64,000 nt of DNA from Eubacteriales bacterium. GTDB lineage: Bacteria; Bacillota; Clostridia; Oscillospirales; CAG-272. The position numbers and the translations under genes are program-made. Location of the stretch: positions 95,434-159,433 of the forward strand of contig JAZNDW010000012.1 in NCBI GenBank assembly GCA_045588245.1, given 5' to 3'. This document shows positions 9,486-19,649 of this stretch, piece after piece. Positions within the stretch are counted from its first letter, which is position 1, and each line of letters begins with the position of its first letter. Below the pieces are notes generated by a model that saw only the letters and a list, made by a program, of their open reading frames with translations, made no database searches and was not told where the DNA came from.

Positions 9486-10892
9486 TCACTTTTTCTCGCG
9501 TATCAACAGACGACGCATGGCATCACCGTTCCAGGGAATAAGCGGATACAGATAACTCACACCGCAAACACCGCGCAGGGAAATAACGAGAGCCAAGATT
9601 ATTAAAATTCCCGAAATAAAACCCCAAACGCCGAAGAGCGCCGTGAAAAACAGTATTATCATTCTGAAATATTTGAAAGCGTAGCCGAGCTCGTAATTGG
9701 ATTGTGTGAAATTGGCAATAGACGTAAATGCCATGTAAAAGATGACCTCGGGAATGAGCAATCCTGCCTGAACGGCGAAGTCACCGAGCAAAAGTCCGCC
9801 GATGATCGACAAAGAATTGGACATAGTTGAAGGTGTCGTCAACGATGCAAGCTTCAATACGTCAAGTGCAAACTCGGTCAAAAACAACTGCACGATGATC
9901 GGTAGCTCTCCCGTTTCTGCAGGGAGTAAAAAAGTCAGCCACGTCGGCAGAACGTCCGCATACATCATATATAAATACCATAAAGGAGTAATAAAAATAG
10001 TCGAAACGAAGATCAGCATACGCATGACGCGCAGGTATGAGCCCGTTGCGGGCGGAAAATAAAAATCGTTCGTCTCCTGAATGAAATCGAAAACCGATGT
10101 CGGCAGAAGTATCGCTTCGGGCGAGGTGTCAACGAGGACGGCGACGCCGCCCTCAAGAATGTGTGCCGACGTCGCGTCGGGACGTTCAGTAAGGCGAACT
10201 TTGGGAAACGGATTATACCATTGATTCTTACACAGCGCCTCCGTCAACGATTGGTGGCCCAAAGGGAGCGCGTCGGTTTTGATCGAATTGATGTCGTTTA
10301 TAAGTCGCTTGACGAATTTATCGTCAGCGACACCGTCAATATACGCAATAACGACGTCGGTACGAGATTTTGATCCAACGGTACAGTATTTCATCTGCAG
10401 TTTCGTGTCGCGTATACGGCGACGTATCAACGCAGTATTGAATATCAGCGTTTCAACGAATCCGTCGCGTGCGCCTCGCATAACGCGGTCGTTGTCGGGA
10501 TCCTGTGTGTCGCGGGCAGGGTACGAACGCAAATCAACGAGGATTGCTTTGCCCGAAAAGCCGTCAGAAACCATGACACAACATCCGCCGAGAACGGCGC
10601 GGATTATGTCCTCGGCACTGTCCGTTACCTCAACTTCAACGTCGGGAAGCTTTGATAAGGCAAAGTTTACCGCCGCAGCTTCTGTGCCGTCACCGAAATC
10701 GGAGAGGGAACACAAATGCATCAAAAGCTTCTGCATCTCGCCGCCTTTGATGAACCCGTCGATATAGTAAAGTGCGGCTCTGTGGCCGCTCGCTGTGATC
10801 TCTCGTTTGATCATGTCAAAGTTATTATCAATTCCGAGAGTTGAGTCGATGCTTTTTACCGTTTTATCAAAATCTGCGCTCAAATGCAGCAT
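9486..10892 (-). CDS. spore germination protein, GerA family (SpoVAF/GerAA-like)
   Basis: 468 aa. 'RVMRGARDGFVETLIFNTALIRRRIRD' is present, with a C-terminal multi-TM region typical of GerA-family A subunits. Confidence 0.85.
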   Translation of the reverse strand: MLHLSADFDKTVKSIDSTLGIDNNFDMIKREITASGHRAALYYIDGFIKGGEMQKLLMHLCSLSDFGDGTEAAAVNFALSKLPDVEVEVTDSAEDIIRAVLGGCCVMVSDGFSGKAILVDLRSYPARDTQDPDNDRVMRGARDGFVETLIFNTALIRRRIRDTKLQMKYCTVGSKSRTDVVIAYIDGVADDKFVKRLINDINSIKTDALPLGHQSLTEALCKNQWYNPFPKVRLTERPDATSAHILEGGVAVLVDTSPEAILLPTSVFDFIQETNDFYFPPATGSYLRVMRMLIFVSTIFITPLWYLYMMYADVLPTWLTFLLPAETGELPIIVQLFLTEFALDVLKLASLTTPSTMSNSLSIIGGLLLGDFAVQAGLLIPEVIFYMAFTSIANFTQSNYELGYAFKYFRMIILFFTALFGVWGFISGILIILALVISLRGVCGVSYLYPLIPWNGDAMRRLLIREKK

Positions 10893-10973
10893 AAAACACC
10901 CCCAAGAATATGTGGATATGATATATTATCCATCATGCTCGGGGGTGTTATACGTTAATTGTTAATCAATCGG

Positions 10974-13274
10974 TCAATCTAAGAACGAAGGGATCCTTTC
11001 AGGATAGAAATATGCGGCAAAGTTGTCGAAGCTTTCTTCGTCGTAAACGAAGAATACGGTGTAGTCATGGTCGGTGGGAGTTAAAGATGACAGATCAGAT
11101 TCGCCGGCTAATTGTGTCGCATACGAGATGAGCTCGTATAGCTTATTCTTGTCAGCGACCTTCGTTACGTTCTTATCGGTATTGTTAATAACGATCGCGT
11201 AATCTATATTGGATACCTGCTCGGATATATAATCTTCAAGAGCCATTTTTGACAGAGCATTGATTATCATTGAGGCTTTTTCACCGGAAACGTAATAATG
11301 CTCGTTCGTAGCTCTGTCGTTGATATAAATCTCGCAGTTTTCAGTACTGTCGGAAAGAATATCCAATAAAACGGGGATGTCTTCGGCATAAAGAGGCATT
11401 GCTCTATAAAAGTCGCTGTAAGCATAATCATACTTGCCGCGAGTGCCGTAGGTGGGGGTATCGTCATCGTTGTACCCGTTGTAGTTGAAGTATCCGACTG
11501 TCGGTCTTTCTGTTTGATCGTCTGTGCGGGAAAGGATAAAATCGATCAGCCTGCGGTTACTTGAATCGGAAAAACCGTTAACGTCGTTATTATAGGAATA
11601 ACAGTTGAAAGAAATGCTGTAACCTGCAGTGCCGATCAGCTCGGACTGTAACGCACCTTCAAAGATTCTGAATTCTTCTACAATTGCGGAAGGCAAAACC
11701 GTCGTGAAATAGATATCGTTGAACTTGAACGAATCGGGATCGGGGATCAATGACGCTTGATTTGCTTCGCTTTCTTTGATGAACGCTAAAATATCGGCAA
11801 GATCGGAATATTTGAAATTATTGTATCTGTACGTCGGTGAAATTCCGAAATAATTGGTATACGTTACGGAAATACTCGTCAAACGCATGAGATTCTCGCC
11901 CTTTGCGATCATATCGTTAAGTGTCGGATCGATCGTTTCTATGCCAAGCGATGAGCCGTTTTCATACGTTATAATTTCGCCGTATTCATTATATTCAACG
12001 GCGCGGTTAATTTCACCCGAGCGAAGCCCCGAATTGAATTCCTTCATCAGTATACGGAATTCACGGATCTCGTCGCTTGTCAGTGAATAATGCTCACCGT
12101 CAACATTGACGGTTATCTCTTTCGCTGTGGGTACGTGATAATCGGCATAACCGAAAATTCCCGTTGAAAACGTTATCATCAGTACGATCGATACGGCACA
12201 AAAGACACCGAAGCCTTTCATTCCCGAAAACATAGCTTTTGCGGTACGGTTAAGCACCGTGTTCATCAGCATAAACGAAAGCACAGCGCCTGCGGCGGTG
12301 CCGAATATGAGCCAGAATACGCCACCGAACTCGCAGAACATATATCCCATAAGCAGTGCGGCAGGGAACATGAGAGAATATTTTATGATCTCGCCGATGG
12401 GTTTATATATGATCGGTGTTCCCGCACGTTCGATCGGTCGCTTTTTATAGAGCCTGTATGAGATATAAAATGTTAACGCAGTGATGACGGTATCGAGCAA
12501 AATATATTTGATCGGTGAAGATACAGTATCGTCCGTTATGGCGGTAATTGAGCGGACGATTCTGAAGACGGGCGATATGCAAGGACCGATATCTACTAAC
12601 AAATCCCATGGATCGTTGCGGAGATACGTTACGCCCAATTCGATCCAAAGAAAATTCGAAACGAAGATAACGGGCAGCACGAAAACGATGTAGAATGACA
12701 TAATCGCGTGTATCGCAGAGGTGCCCGAAAGCATTGCCGCAAGGAATGAAACGGCAAGGAATACGACGTAATAGAAGAGCGAATAGAAGAATAACTGCCA
12801 TATCAAAGTGATGACGTATCCGTACATATGTCCGTTCGTAAGGAAAGTCAAAAATACGATGAATGTATTAATAAGCAAAGGTGCTACGAATATGACAAGG
12901 GACGAAATCAGCGAGGCGATGTAATGCCCCGAACGCTTTTCGGGCAGACTGTGATGAAATCCCGCGCTTACTTTGTTATGTAAAAAAGAAAGTGCGAAAC
13001 AACCCGTGAAAAACGACGCAAAAACGGAGACGATGACGGACACTACTATTAAATCGTTCATTATGCCTTCGATCCTTGACTTGATAACTTCGGCTGTTAC
13101 CGTCATTTCGTTGCGAAAGACGTTGTCCATCTGAATCATAAGCGGAACGGAGGTCGAGAAAAACAGCGCAATGATGATCAGAAGCGCCACAGCCCAGAGC
13201 CGTTTGGTCGAATATAGAATATACGACGGGGTAACGATTGGGGACTTGTCAAGAGATGACTTTGTTGCTGTCAT
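10974..13274 (-). CDS. ABC-2-type transporter permease with a large extracytoplasmic domain
   Basis: 766 aa with many TM helices in the N-terminal half and a long soluble C-terminal domain. It overlaps the upstream ABC ATPase gene by 26 nt. Confidence 0.7.
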   Translation of the reverse strand: MTATKSSLDKSPIVTPSYILYSTKRLWAVALLIIIALFFSTSVPLMIQMDNVFRNEMTVTAEVIKSRIEGIMNDLIVVSVIVSVFASFFTGCFALSFLHNKVSAGFHHSLPEKRSGHYIASLISSLVIFVAPLLINTFIVFLTFLTNGHMYGYVITLIWQLFFYSLFYYVVFLAVSFLAAMLSGTSAIHAIMSFYIVFVLPVIFVSNFLWIELGVTYLRNDPWDLLVDIGPCISPVFRIVRSITAITDDTVSSPIKYILLDTVITALTFYISYRLYKKRPIERAGTPIIYKPIGEIIKYSLMFPAALLMGYMFCEFGGVFWLIFGTAAGAVLSFMLMNTVLNRTAKAMFSGMKGFGVFCAVSIVLMITFSTGIFGYADYHVPTAKEITVNVDGEHYSLTSDEIREFRILMKEFNSGLRSGEINRAVEYNEYGEIITYENGSSLGIETIDPTLNDMIAKGENLMRLTSISVTYTNYFGISPTYRYNNFKYSDLADILAFIKESEANQASLIPDPDSFKFNDIYFTTVLPSAIVEEFRIFEGALQSELIGTAGYSISFNCYSYNNDVNGFSDSSNRRLIDFILSRTDDQTERPTVGYFNYNGYNDDDTPTYGTRGKYDYAYSDFYRAMPLYAEDIPVLLDILSDSTENCEIYINDRATNEHYYVSGEKASMIINALSKMALEDYISEQVSNIDYAIVINNTDKNVTKVADKNKLYELISYATQLAGESDLSSLTPTDHDYTVFFVYDEESFDNFAAYFYPERIPSFLD

Positions 13275-14142
13275 AGCCTATTTCCTCCATTTCCGAAATA
13301 AATATTTCCTCAAGCGTCAGCGGCAAAAGCTCAAGATAAAGCGGAGATGCGGCACTGAGAACGCCTTCAATCTCCTCTGCGCCGCCGCGACAGGTGATTG
13401 TGTGCAGCCGTCCGCGTGTTTCATGAGAAATAATGTCGAGTGCGGACAGGTCGGGTGCCTCGCTTTCGAATGCTACCTGCGCTTTGTGCACCAAAAGCTT
13501 CATTTCATCAAGCTCGCGATCGAGTATGATCTGCCCGCGGTGCATAAGCGCGATATGATCCGTCAAATCCTCAAGCTCACGTAGGTTGTGAGTTGAAATG
13601 ATGGCGGTAAGACCCGATTCTGCAACGTCTTCTGCGATCATGCGGCGAACGAGCTGACGCATGACGGGGTCAATGCCATCGAATGTTTCGTCGCACAATA
13701 GATACCGCGGACGAAGCGACATTCCCAAGAGCAGAGAGGACTGCTTTTGCATACCTTTTGAAAAAGTGTTGATCTTTCTGTTGCGGTCAAGCCCGAACAT
13801 ATCCGTCATTTTACGGTAGCGCTCGTCATCAAATTCTCGGTATACGCTTTTATAGAGCGAACGCATATCGTCAAGCGTTGCCGCGGGCGCAAAGTATTGC
13901 TCGTCGGAAAGATATACGATTTTTTGCTTTAATTCATAATTTTCGTAGATCGGCATTCCGTCGCAGAGAATCTCTCCCGAATCAGGGGCGTAAATACCGC
14001 AAATCGTACGCAGAAGCGTCGATTTGCCGCTTCCGTTTGATCCGATAAGCCCGAAGACCGAGCCTGTGTCAATGATCATGGAAACGTTTGACAGAGCCTT
14101 GACAGCTCCGAAAGATTTGTTAATATCTTTGACTATAATCAT
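13249..14142 (-). CDS. ABC transporter ATP-binding protein
   Basis: Walker A 'GSNGSGKST', signature-like 'FSKGMQ' and Walker B 'LLCDETFDG'. Confidence 0.92.
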   Translation of the reverse strand: MIIVKDINKSFGAVKALSNVSMIIDTGSVFGLIGSNGSGKSTLLRTICGIYAPDSGEILCDGMPIYENYELKQKIVYLSDEQYFAPAATLDDMRSLYKSVYREFDDERYRKMTDMFGLDRNRKINTFSKGMQKQSSLLLGMSLRPRYLLCDETFDGIDPVMRQLVRRMIAEDVAESGLTAIISTHNLRELEDLTDHIALMHRGQIILDRELDEMKLLVHKAQVAFESEAPDLSALDIISHETRGRLHTITCRGGAEEIEGVLSAASPLYLELLPLTLEEIFISEMEEIGYDSNKVIS

Positions 14143-14183
14143 ATTTGTTTCACTCCGGGATCAGTAAAATTGTGTGGTGGGCG

Positions 14184-14555
14184 TCAGTCACGCCAGACTT
14201 CGTTCACGATAGAAACGATCTGTTCTTCGGTAACGCCGAGTGCACGGGCAGAATCGAGAACCGAACGGATCTGCAGGGTAAGATCGTCTAAAACTTTTTC
14301 CTTGGCGTCGCCGATCTCGTCGGAAACGAAGCTGCCGCGGCCGGGGGAAGAATATATGATACCGCGCCGTTCAAGCTCCGCATAAGCTTTATGGATAGTG
14401 TTCGGATTGATTCCGAGCTCCGATGCGAGCTGACGCACCGATGGGATAGGCTCGTTAGCCGAAAGCACACCGCGAAGAACCATGTTGCTTATGTTTTCCA
14501 CGAGCTGTTCGTATATAGGAGTTCTGCTTTTGAAGTCAACGTAAAATGAACTCAT
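14184..14555 (-). CDS. GntR family transcriptional regulator, YtrA subfamily
   Basis: 123 aa. It has the 'PIYEQL...LPSVRQLASELGINPNTIHKAYAELE' wHTH and the short C-terminus typical of YtrA. Confidence 0.9.
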   Translation of the reverse strand: MSSFYVDFKSRTPIYEQLVENISNMVLRGVLSANEPIPSVRQLASELGINPNTIHKAYAELERRGIIYSSPGRGSFVSDEIGDAKEKVLDDLTLQIRSVLDSARALGVTEEQIVSIVNEVWRD

Positions 14556-14583
14556 GGTACCTCCTTGTGAATGGTCATCAACC

Positions 14584-14637
14584 GTACTATGCGTAATAGT
14601 ACACTGATATAATACAACAGTATTAACAAATTGTCAA
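14584..14637 (-). promoter_or_regulatory. sigma-A-type promoter with a dyad operator for the GntR/ABC operon
   Basis: On the minus strand: TTGACA (14632-14637), 17-nt spacer, TATTAT (14609-14614). The inverted repeat GTACTAT-N5-ATAGTAC (14584-14602) sits at or just after the predicted start site. Confidence 0.55.
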
Positions 14638-14702
14638 GCGTTCAAATGTAATTTGCAAGAAATATTCTATTGGCAATAATCGGACAATTTACAAAAAATC
14701 TA

Positions 14703-14731
14703 TTGAATTATATTGACTCATGATTTATAAT
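14703..14731 (+). promoter_or_regulatory. sigma-A-type promoter upstream of yajC
   Basis: TTGAAT (14703-14708), 17-nt spacer, TATAAT (14726-14731). Confidence 0.5.
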
Positions 14732-14766
14732 TACTATTTGATATCAAGTTTAAGGAGATAAATGAA

Positions 14767-15075
14767 ATGGTATATCTTGACACACCGGCTCCCACAAACG
14801 GCTGGACCACGATCATCATGCTCGTTATCATGCTCGTTGTTTTCTATTTCTTCCTTATTAAGCCTCAGAAGAAGCAGGAAAAGGAAACAAACGATATGAG
14901 AAACGCTCTGCAGGTAGGCGATGAGATCACGACCATCGGCGGAATTATCGGAAAGATAGTCAGCATCAAGGAAGAAACCGTTATGATCGAAACGGGCAAG
15001 GAAAAGACGAAGATCCGTATACTTCGTTCCGCTGTCAGATGCGTTGACGTTAAAGCAGAAGACGCTCAGGACTAA
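14767..15075 (+). CDS. yajC: preprotein translocase subunit YajC
   Basis: One TM helix plus 'GDEITTIGGIIGKIVSIKEETVMIE'. An aaggag RBS lies upstream. Confidence 0.9.
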   Translation: MVYLDTPAPTNGWTTIIMLVIMLVVFYFFLIKPQKKQEKETNDMRNALQVGDEITTIGGIIGKIVSIKEETVMIETGKEKTKIRILRSAVRCVDVKAEDAQD

Positions 15076-15144
15076 GCTCACAAAGGAATAATTTACGTTT
15101 ACCCCGAATACTATGTAACAAAAAGTATTCGGGGTAAATAACAA

Positions 15145-15588
15145 ATGAAAGATGAAGAACGCGGAAGATTCACTCCGCACGTCATATCATGCATCATCGG
15201 CGTCGGTGCGGCTATACTTACGTCTGCCGTTTTACTGTTCGCAGTCGGTGGAATTGTTTATTCATTCGATGATCCCAATCGGTATACGACGGCAGCATCG
15301 GTAATAGTTATCGTTGTTTCAAGCTTTATCGGCGGCTTTGCCGGCGGAAAGCATAAAAGTACCGTCACAGACGGTATTCTCTCGGGTGTGATTTTCGCAC
15401 TTGTGCTGTTTTTATTGTCACTCTTTTGCGGCGGCGAAACGGCGCTTGGTACTTTTCCGTATTCGATACTCTTGCGTGTCGGCGAAATAGCCGTTGCTGT
15501 AGGCGGAACATTTTTGTCATGCAGGTCTCGCGGGGCTCACCGAATGCACGGTGTTCCGAAGGTACCGAAAATAAAAACAAAACGTTAA
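15145..15588 (+). CDS. small multi-pass membrane protein (TIGR04086/YrzE-like)
   Basis: 147 aa with four hydrophobic segments and the 'SSFIGGFAGG' motif. The family call is tentative. Confidence 0.6.
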   Translation: MKDEERGRFTPHVISCIIGVGAAILTSAVLLFAVGGIVYSFDDPNRYTTAASVIVIVVSSFIGGFAGGKHKSTVTDGILSGVIFALVLFLLSLFCGGETALGTFPYSILLRVGEIAVAVGGTFLSCRSRGAHRMHGVPKVPKIKTKR

Positions 15589-15608
15589 TGTGAAATGAGG
15601 GTACAGAA

Positions 15609-15845
15609 ATGATAAAGATTATTAAAGAAAACGGCGAACGCTTCGTTTACGATGAAAACAGCGACACGAAAACACCCATAACGGCGCTTCAGGCGAAAAT
15701 GCTTTCATATCTGAAGCCCCCTATGACACAGGAGCTTTCGACGTCATTACGCTACGATCTTGCAAAATATGACGGCGGCATGGTCGAGGATGCATACGCG
15801 GAACTATACGAGCTTTATACAGAAGGCAAGATCTTTTCCGAATGA
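15609..15845 (+). CDS. hypothetical small acidic protein
   Basis: 78 aa. A gagggta RBS-like sequence lies upstream and a terminator follows. No recognisable motif. Confidence 0.5.
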   Translation: MIKIIKENGERFVYDENSDTKTPITALQAKMLSYLKPPMTQELSTSLRYDLAKYDGGMVEDAYAELYELYTEGKIFSE

Positions 15846-15860
15846 AAACAGTTGTTGCAA

Positions 15861-15888
15861 AAAAACACCGATTTTTCGGTGTTTTTTT
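15861..15888 (+). terminator. intrinsic terminator
   Basis: Stem caccga (15866-15871) pairs with tcggtg (15876-15881), followed by a T-run at 15882-15888. Confidence 0.75.
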
Positions 15889-16077
15889 AGTTTTTTGTCA
15901 ATTTATCTTGCATATTACCTAAAGTAATATGTTAAACTTGAGAAAATAAGGAACAAATATAAATATTAACAAAATATTGATTGCATCGATTGAGTAAATG
16001 ATATATAATAAAATAGTATGCGTATGCAATAATACAAACTACACATGAAAGCAACCACCCGAAAAGGATAATGAATA

Positions 16078-18861
16078 ATGAAAGTATTAGATAAAGTTTT
16101 CGGAACGTACAGCGACAGACAAATCAAAAAGGTACGTCCGATCGTTGATAAGATCGAAGCGCTGGCACTGAAGTATTCAGCTATGACCGACGAGGAGATG
16201 CTCGCAGAAACGAGCCGATTCAAAGCATTTCTTGCTGAAGGCAAAACACTTGACGATATTTTACCTGAAGCGTTTGCTCTCGTAAGAGAAGCGTGTACAC
16301 GAGTGCTTGGAAAGCGTCCGTTTAACTGTCAGCTTCTTTGCGGAGTATTGCTCCATCAGGGGCGTATCGCAGAAATGAAGACGGGTGAGGGTAAAACCAT
16401 CGTTGCGACGATGCCGTCGTATCTGAATGCACTCACAGGAAAGGGTGTACACGTCGTTACCGTCAATGAATATCTTGCGCGGCTCGGTGCCGAGGAGATG
16501 GGACGTGTCCATGAATTTCTCGGACTCACGACGGGACTCGTCGTTCACGGACAGACGTCGGAACAAAAGCGGCATGCTTACGGCTGTGATATAACGTACG
16601 GCACAAACAACGAATTCGGGTTCGATTATCTGCGCGATAACATGGTCAGCTATAAAGAACAGCTTTCTCAGCGCGGTCACAACTTTGCCATTGTCGACGA
16701 GGTAGACTCTATTCTGATCGATGAGGCAAGAACTCCTCTCATTATTTCGGGTGTTGGCGACGAAACGACCGATATGTACGGCAGAGCGAACGACCTTGTT
16801 AAAAATTTCCGTCCCTACGTTATCAAGGAAGTAGACGAAAAAGAAGACATGGAAGAGCTCATGAAACGTGCGGGTGTCAGCGCAGATTACGTCGTCGACG
16901 AAAAGAAGCGTACGACGACACTCACCGAACGCGGTATAGCAAAGGCAGAAAAATTCTTTGAGATCGAAAACTTCGGCGACGAAGATAACTCAGAGCTTGC
17001 CCATTATGTTTACCAGGCGCTTCGCGCACACGGAATTATGCGCAAGGATATTGACTATGTCGTTCACAAAGGCGGTATCATGATAATCGACGCTTTCACC
17101 GGCCGCATGATGCCGGGACGCCGTTATTCTGACGGTTTGCATCAGGCTATAGAAGCGAAGGAAGGCGTTGATATACAAAAAGAGAATAAAACGCTTGCGA
17201 CGGTAACGTTCCAGAACTATTTCAGAATGTACAGTAAGCTTTCGGGAATGACAGGTACGGCTTTGTCTGAAGAAAACGAGTTCCGTGAGATATATAATCT
17301 TGACGTTGTCGTAGTTCCCACAAACAAACCGATGATACGTCTTGATCACAACGACGTTGTGTATATTTCGGGCAAAGCGAAGGATGCTGCTGTTATCGAG
17401 CAGATCAAAAAGTGCCACGAAAAAGGACAGCCCATTCTTGTCGGTACCGTATCTATCGAAAAATCCGAAGCTCTTTCCAAAAAGCTGAAGGGAGCAGGTA
17501 TACCTCATACCGTTCTTAACGCAAAATATCACGAAAAAGAAGCGGAGATCGTTGCACAGGCAGGTAAACTCGGTGCGGTTACGATATCCACGAACATGGC
17601 AGGACGCGGAACGGACATCCTTTTGGGCGGTAACGCGGAATATTTAGCAAAGTCCGAAATGCGCAAAATGGACTACGACGAAAAAATGATTGCACTCGCA
17701 ACGGGATCATCGCTCTCCGTCAGCGAGGAAGTCCTCGCAGCACGCGAGGTTTACCGTGATCTCAACCGTAAATACGCAGCGGAAATAGAACCCGAAGCCG
17801 AGCGCGTGCGCGAAGCAGGAGGGCTTTTCGTGCTCGGTACGGAGCGCCACGAAAGCCGCCGTATTGATAATCAGCTCCGCGGACGTTCGGGACGTCAGGG
17901 AGACCCCGGTGAATCGCGTTTTTATATTTCGTTTGAAGACGATCTGATGCGTCTGTTCGGCGGAAACAAGGTCAACGATATCGTTGATCGCTTAAAGCTG
18001 CCCGATGACGTGCCTGTCGATCTGTCGATCGTTTCGAATTCGATCGAATCGGCGCAGAAACGTATCGAGGATCAGAACTTTAACAGACGTAAAAACGTTC
18101 TTGAATACGATGACGTTATGAATCAACAGCGTTCGCTTATCTATAAGCAGCGTTCTGAAGTACTTGACGGACTTGATCTGTCCGAAAAGATAAAAAAGAT
18201 GATCGTCAGTACGGTCACAGAAGCAGTAGAAGCATACACGTCGGGAGAATCTCACGACGAATGGCAGTTATCCGAGCTATACCGTGAATATACGGGCGTA
18301 CTTTTCGATAAAAATGATGCCGAATTCAAAGAATCGCGTCTTTTGTCCATGAGTAGTGAAGATATCGTTGCTCTCTTTACAAAGCGAGCAATGAGGATAT
18401 ATGACGTCAAAGAGGCAAAATATGGCGAGGAATGGATGCGCAATATCGAGCGTAACATACTGCTTCGCGCCGTCGATACGCATTGGATGGAGCATCTTGA
18501 TGCGATGGATGATCTGCGCGACAGCATACGTCTGCAGGCATACGCGCATCGCAATCCCGTTTCCGAATACAGAATCGCAGGCATGAACCTCTTCGATGAG
18601 ATGACGAACGATATTCGCCGTACGACATCAAGAAGAGTTCTTACGGCTATTCCGAAGGCAGAGCTTGAAAAACGACGCCAGACAATGATAGCAAAGTCCA
18701 CAAATGTGATGGGAACGCATGGAGCGATCAAAACGGGTGAAAAACAAAAGCCCGTCAAAAAAACCGCCTCCGAAAAGATCGACAGGAATGCGCTTTGTCC
18801 TTGCGGCTCAGGCAAAAAATACAAAAAATGTTGCGGCTCGGGCAATATGGTAAACATATAA
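16078..18861 (+). CDS. secA: preprotein translocase ATPase SecA
   Basis: 927 aa. 'MKTGEGKT' is Walker A and 'DEVDSILIDEARTPLIISG' the DEAD-like motif. The C-terminal zinc motif is 'CPCGSGKKYKKCCG'. Confidence 0.98.
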   Translation: MKVLDKVFGTYSDRQIKKVRPIVDKIEALALKYSAMTDEEMLAETSRFKAFLAEGKTLDDILPEAFALVREACTRVLGKRPFNCQLLCGVLLHQGRIAEMKTGEGKTIVATMPSYLNALTGKGVHVVTVNEYLARLGAEEMGRVHEFLGLTTGLVVHGQTSEQKRHAYGCDITYGTNNEFGFDYLRDNMVSYKEQLSQRGHNFAIVDEVDSILIDEARTPLIISGVGDETTDMYGRANDLVKNFRPYVIKEVDEKEDMEELMKRAGVSADYVVDEKKRTTTLTERGIAKAEKFFEIENFGDEDNSELAHYVYQALRAHGIMRKDIDYVVHKGGIMIIDAFTGRMMPGRRYSDGLHQAIEAKEGVDIQKENKTLATVTFQNYFRMYSKLSGMTGTALSEENEFREIYNLDVVVVPTNKPMIRLDHNDVVYISGKAKDAAVIEQIKKCHEKGQPILVGTVSIEKSEALSKKLKGAGIPHTVLNAKYHEKEAEIVAQAGKLGAVTISTNMAGRGTDILLGGNAEYLAKSEMRKMDYDEKMIALATGSSLSVSEEVLAAREVYRDLNRKYAAEIEPEAERVREAGGLFVLGTERHESRRIDNQLRGRSGRQGDPGESRFYISFEDDLMRLFGGNKVNDIVDRLKLPDDVPVDLSIVSNSIESAQKRIEDQNFNRRKNVLEYDDVMNQQRSLIYKQRSEVLDGLDLSEKIKKMIVSTVTEAVEAYTSGESHDEWQLSELYREYTGVLFDKNDAEFKESRLLSMSSEDIVALFTKRAMRIYDVKEAKYGEEWMRNIERNILLRAVDTHWMEHLDAMDDLRDSIRLQAYAHRNPVSEYRIAGMNLFDEMTNDIRRTTSRRVLTAIPKAELEKRRQTMIAKSTNVMGTHGAIKTGEKQKPVKKTASEKIDRNALCPCGSGKKYKKCCGSGNMVNI

Positions 18862-18884
18862 TAGGCACGATCGGGTAAAAGTGA

Positions 18885-19625
18885 ATGGGACTCGGATTAT
18901 TATTTATCGGATACCTTCTTGTATCCATTTTTACGTTTGCTCCAACGTATTTTCTGACTGATCTTGTAGGAAGCTTTGTGATGTACGAAGCTTTGGTGAA
19001 GCTTCGTCCGCACGCTGACAGATTCAGATACGCTATATGGTCTGTCTATGCGCTTTTTGCAGTATCGGCAGTGCAGTGTTTATATTATTCGCTTACCTAT
19101 ATCGGAGCTGTAAATGATATTTCACTCGTTGAAAATATCATCGAAATTTGCAGAGTTGCCGTGATGTTCGTTTATACGCTGTCTATGCTCATGGCGCTTG
19201 CCGAGTTGGCGAGGTCTGTCGGTGACCGCAAGCTCGCCGACAAATGTATGAGAAACGTGTGGCTACACTGCGTCAACTACTTTTTCATCATAACGCTTTC
19301 GCTTGATTTTGAGTTTCTACAAGGCTACATTTCTGCTTTCGCGGCACTGGCACTGCTCATAAAACTGTTGTGTGCCGTTCTGATTTCCGCTAATATTTAC
19401 AGCTGTTATATGTGGATATGCCTTGAATCCGATCATGATATGACGCAAAAGAATAAGCCGTCAAAAATCGGAGAGTTTTTGAGAAAAGTGAAAAACGGCG
19501 GTGAGGATGACTTTGATAAATCAGCTCTTTCGTCCTCTGAGCCTATAGCACCTCTGAAAACAGAAAAACCTCCCGTGACACCTGTAAACTACGGTTCACA
19601 CAAAAAGAAAAAGAAGAAAAAGTAA
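18885..19625 (+). CDS. hypothetical multi-pass membrane protein with a poly-Lys tail
   Basis: 246 aa with about six hydrophobic segments. The C-terminus is 'SHKKKKKKK'. It starts 23 nt after the secA stop with no terminator between. Confidence 0.7.
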   Translation: MGLGLLFIGYLLVSIFTFAPTYFLTDLVGSFVMYEALVKLRPHADRFRYAIWSVYALFAVSAVQCLYYSLTYIGAVNDISLVENIIEICRVAVMFVYTLSMLMALAELARSVGDRKLADKCMRNVWLHCVNYFFIITLSLDFEFLQGYISAFAALALLIKLLCAVLISANIYSCYMWICLESDHDMTQKNKPSKIGEFLRKVKNGGEDDFDKSALSSSEPIAPLKTEKPPVTPVNYGSHKKKKKKK

Positions 19626-19649
19626 AAACAGCGAAAAGGAGTATGCGTT

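Noticed and set aside
14734-15180. 148-aa ORF on the minus strand
   Set aside because: It overlaps yajC in antisense. yajC has an RBS, a promoter and a conserved motif, and this ORF has none.
16045-16071. 8-codon mini-ORF (MKATTRKG) ending inside the secA ribosome-binding region
   Set aside because: It is tempting as a SecM/MifM-like regulatory leader. However, it has no RBS of its own, is far shorter than known arrest peptides, and has no arrest-like motif.
16990-18857. 180-aa and 201-aa ORFs on the minus strand
   Set aside because: They are antisense to secA, whose identity is unambiguous.
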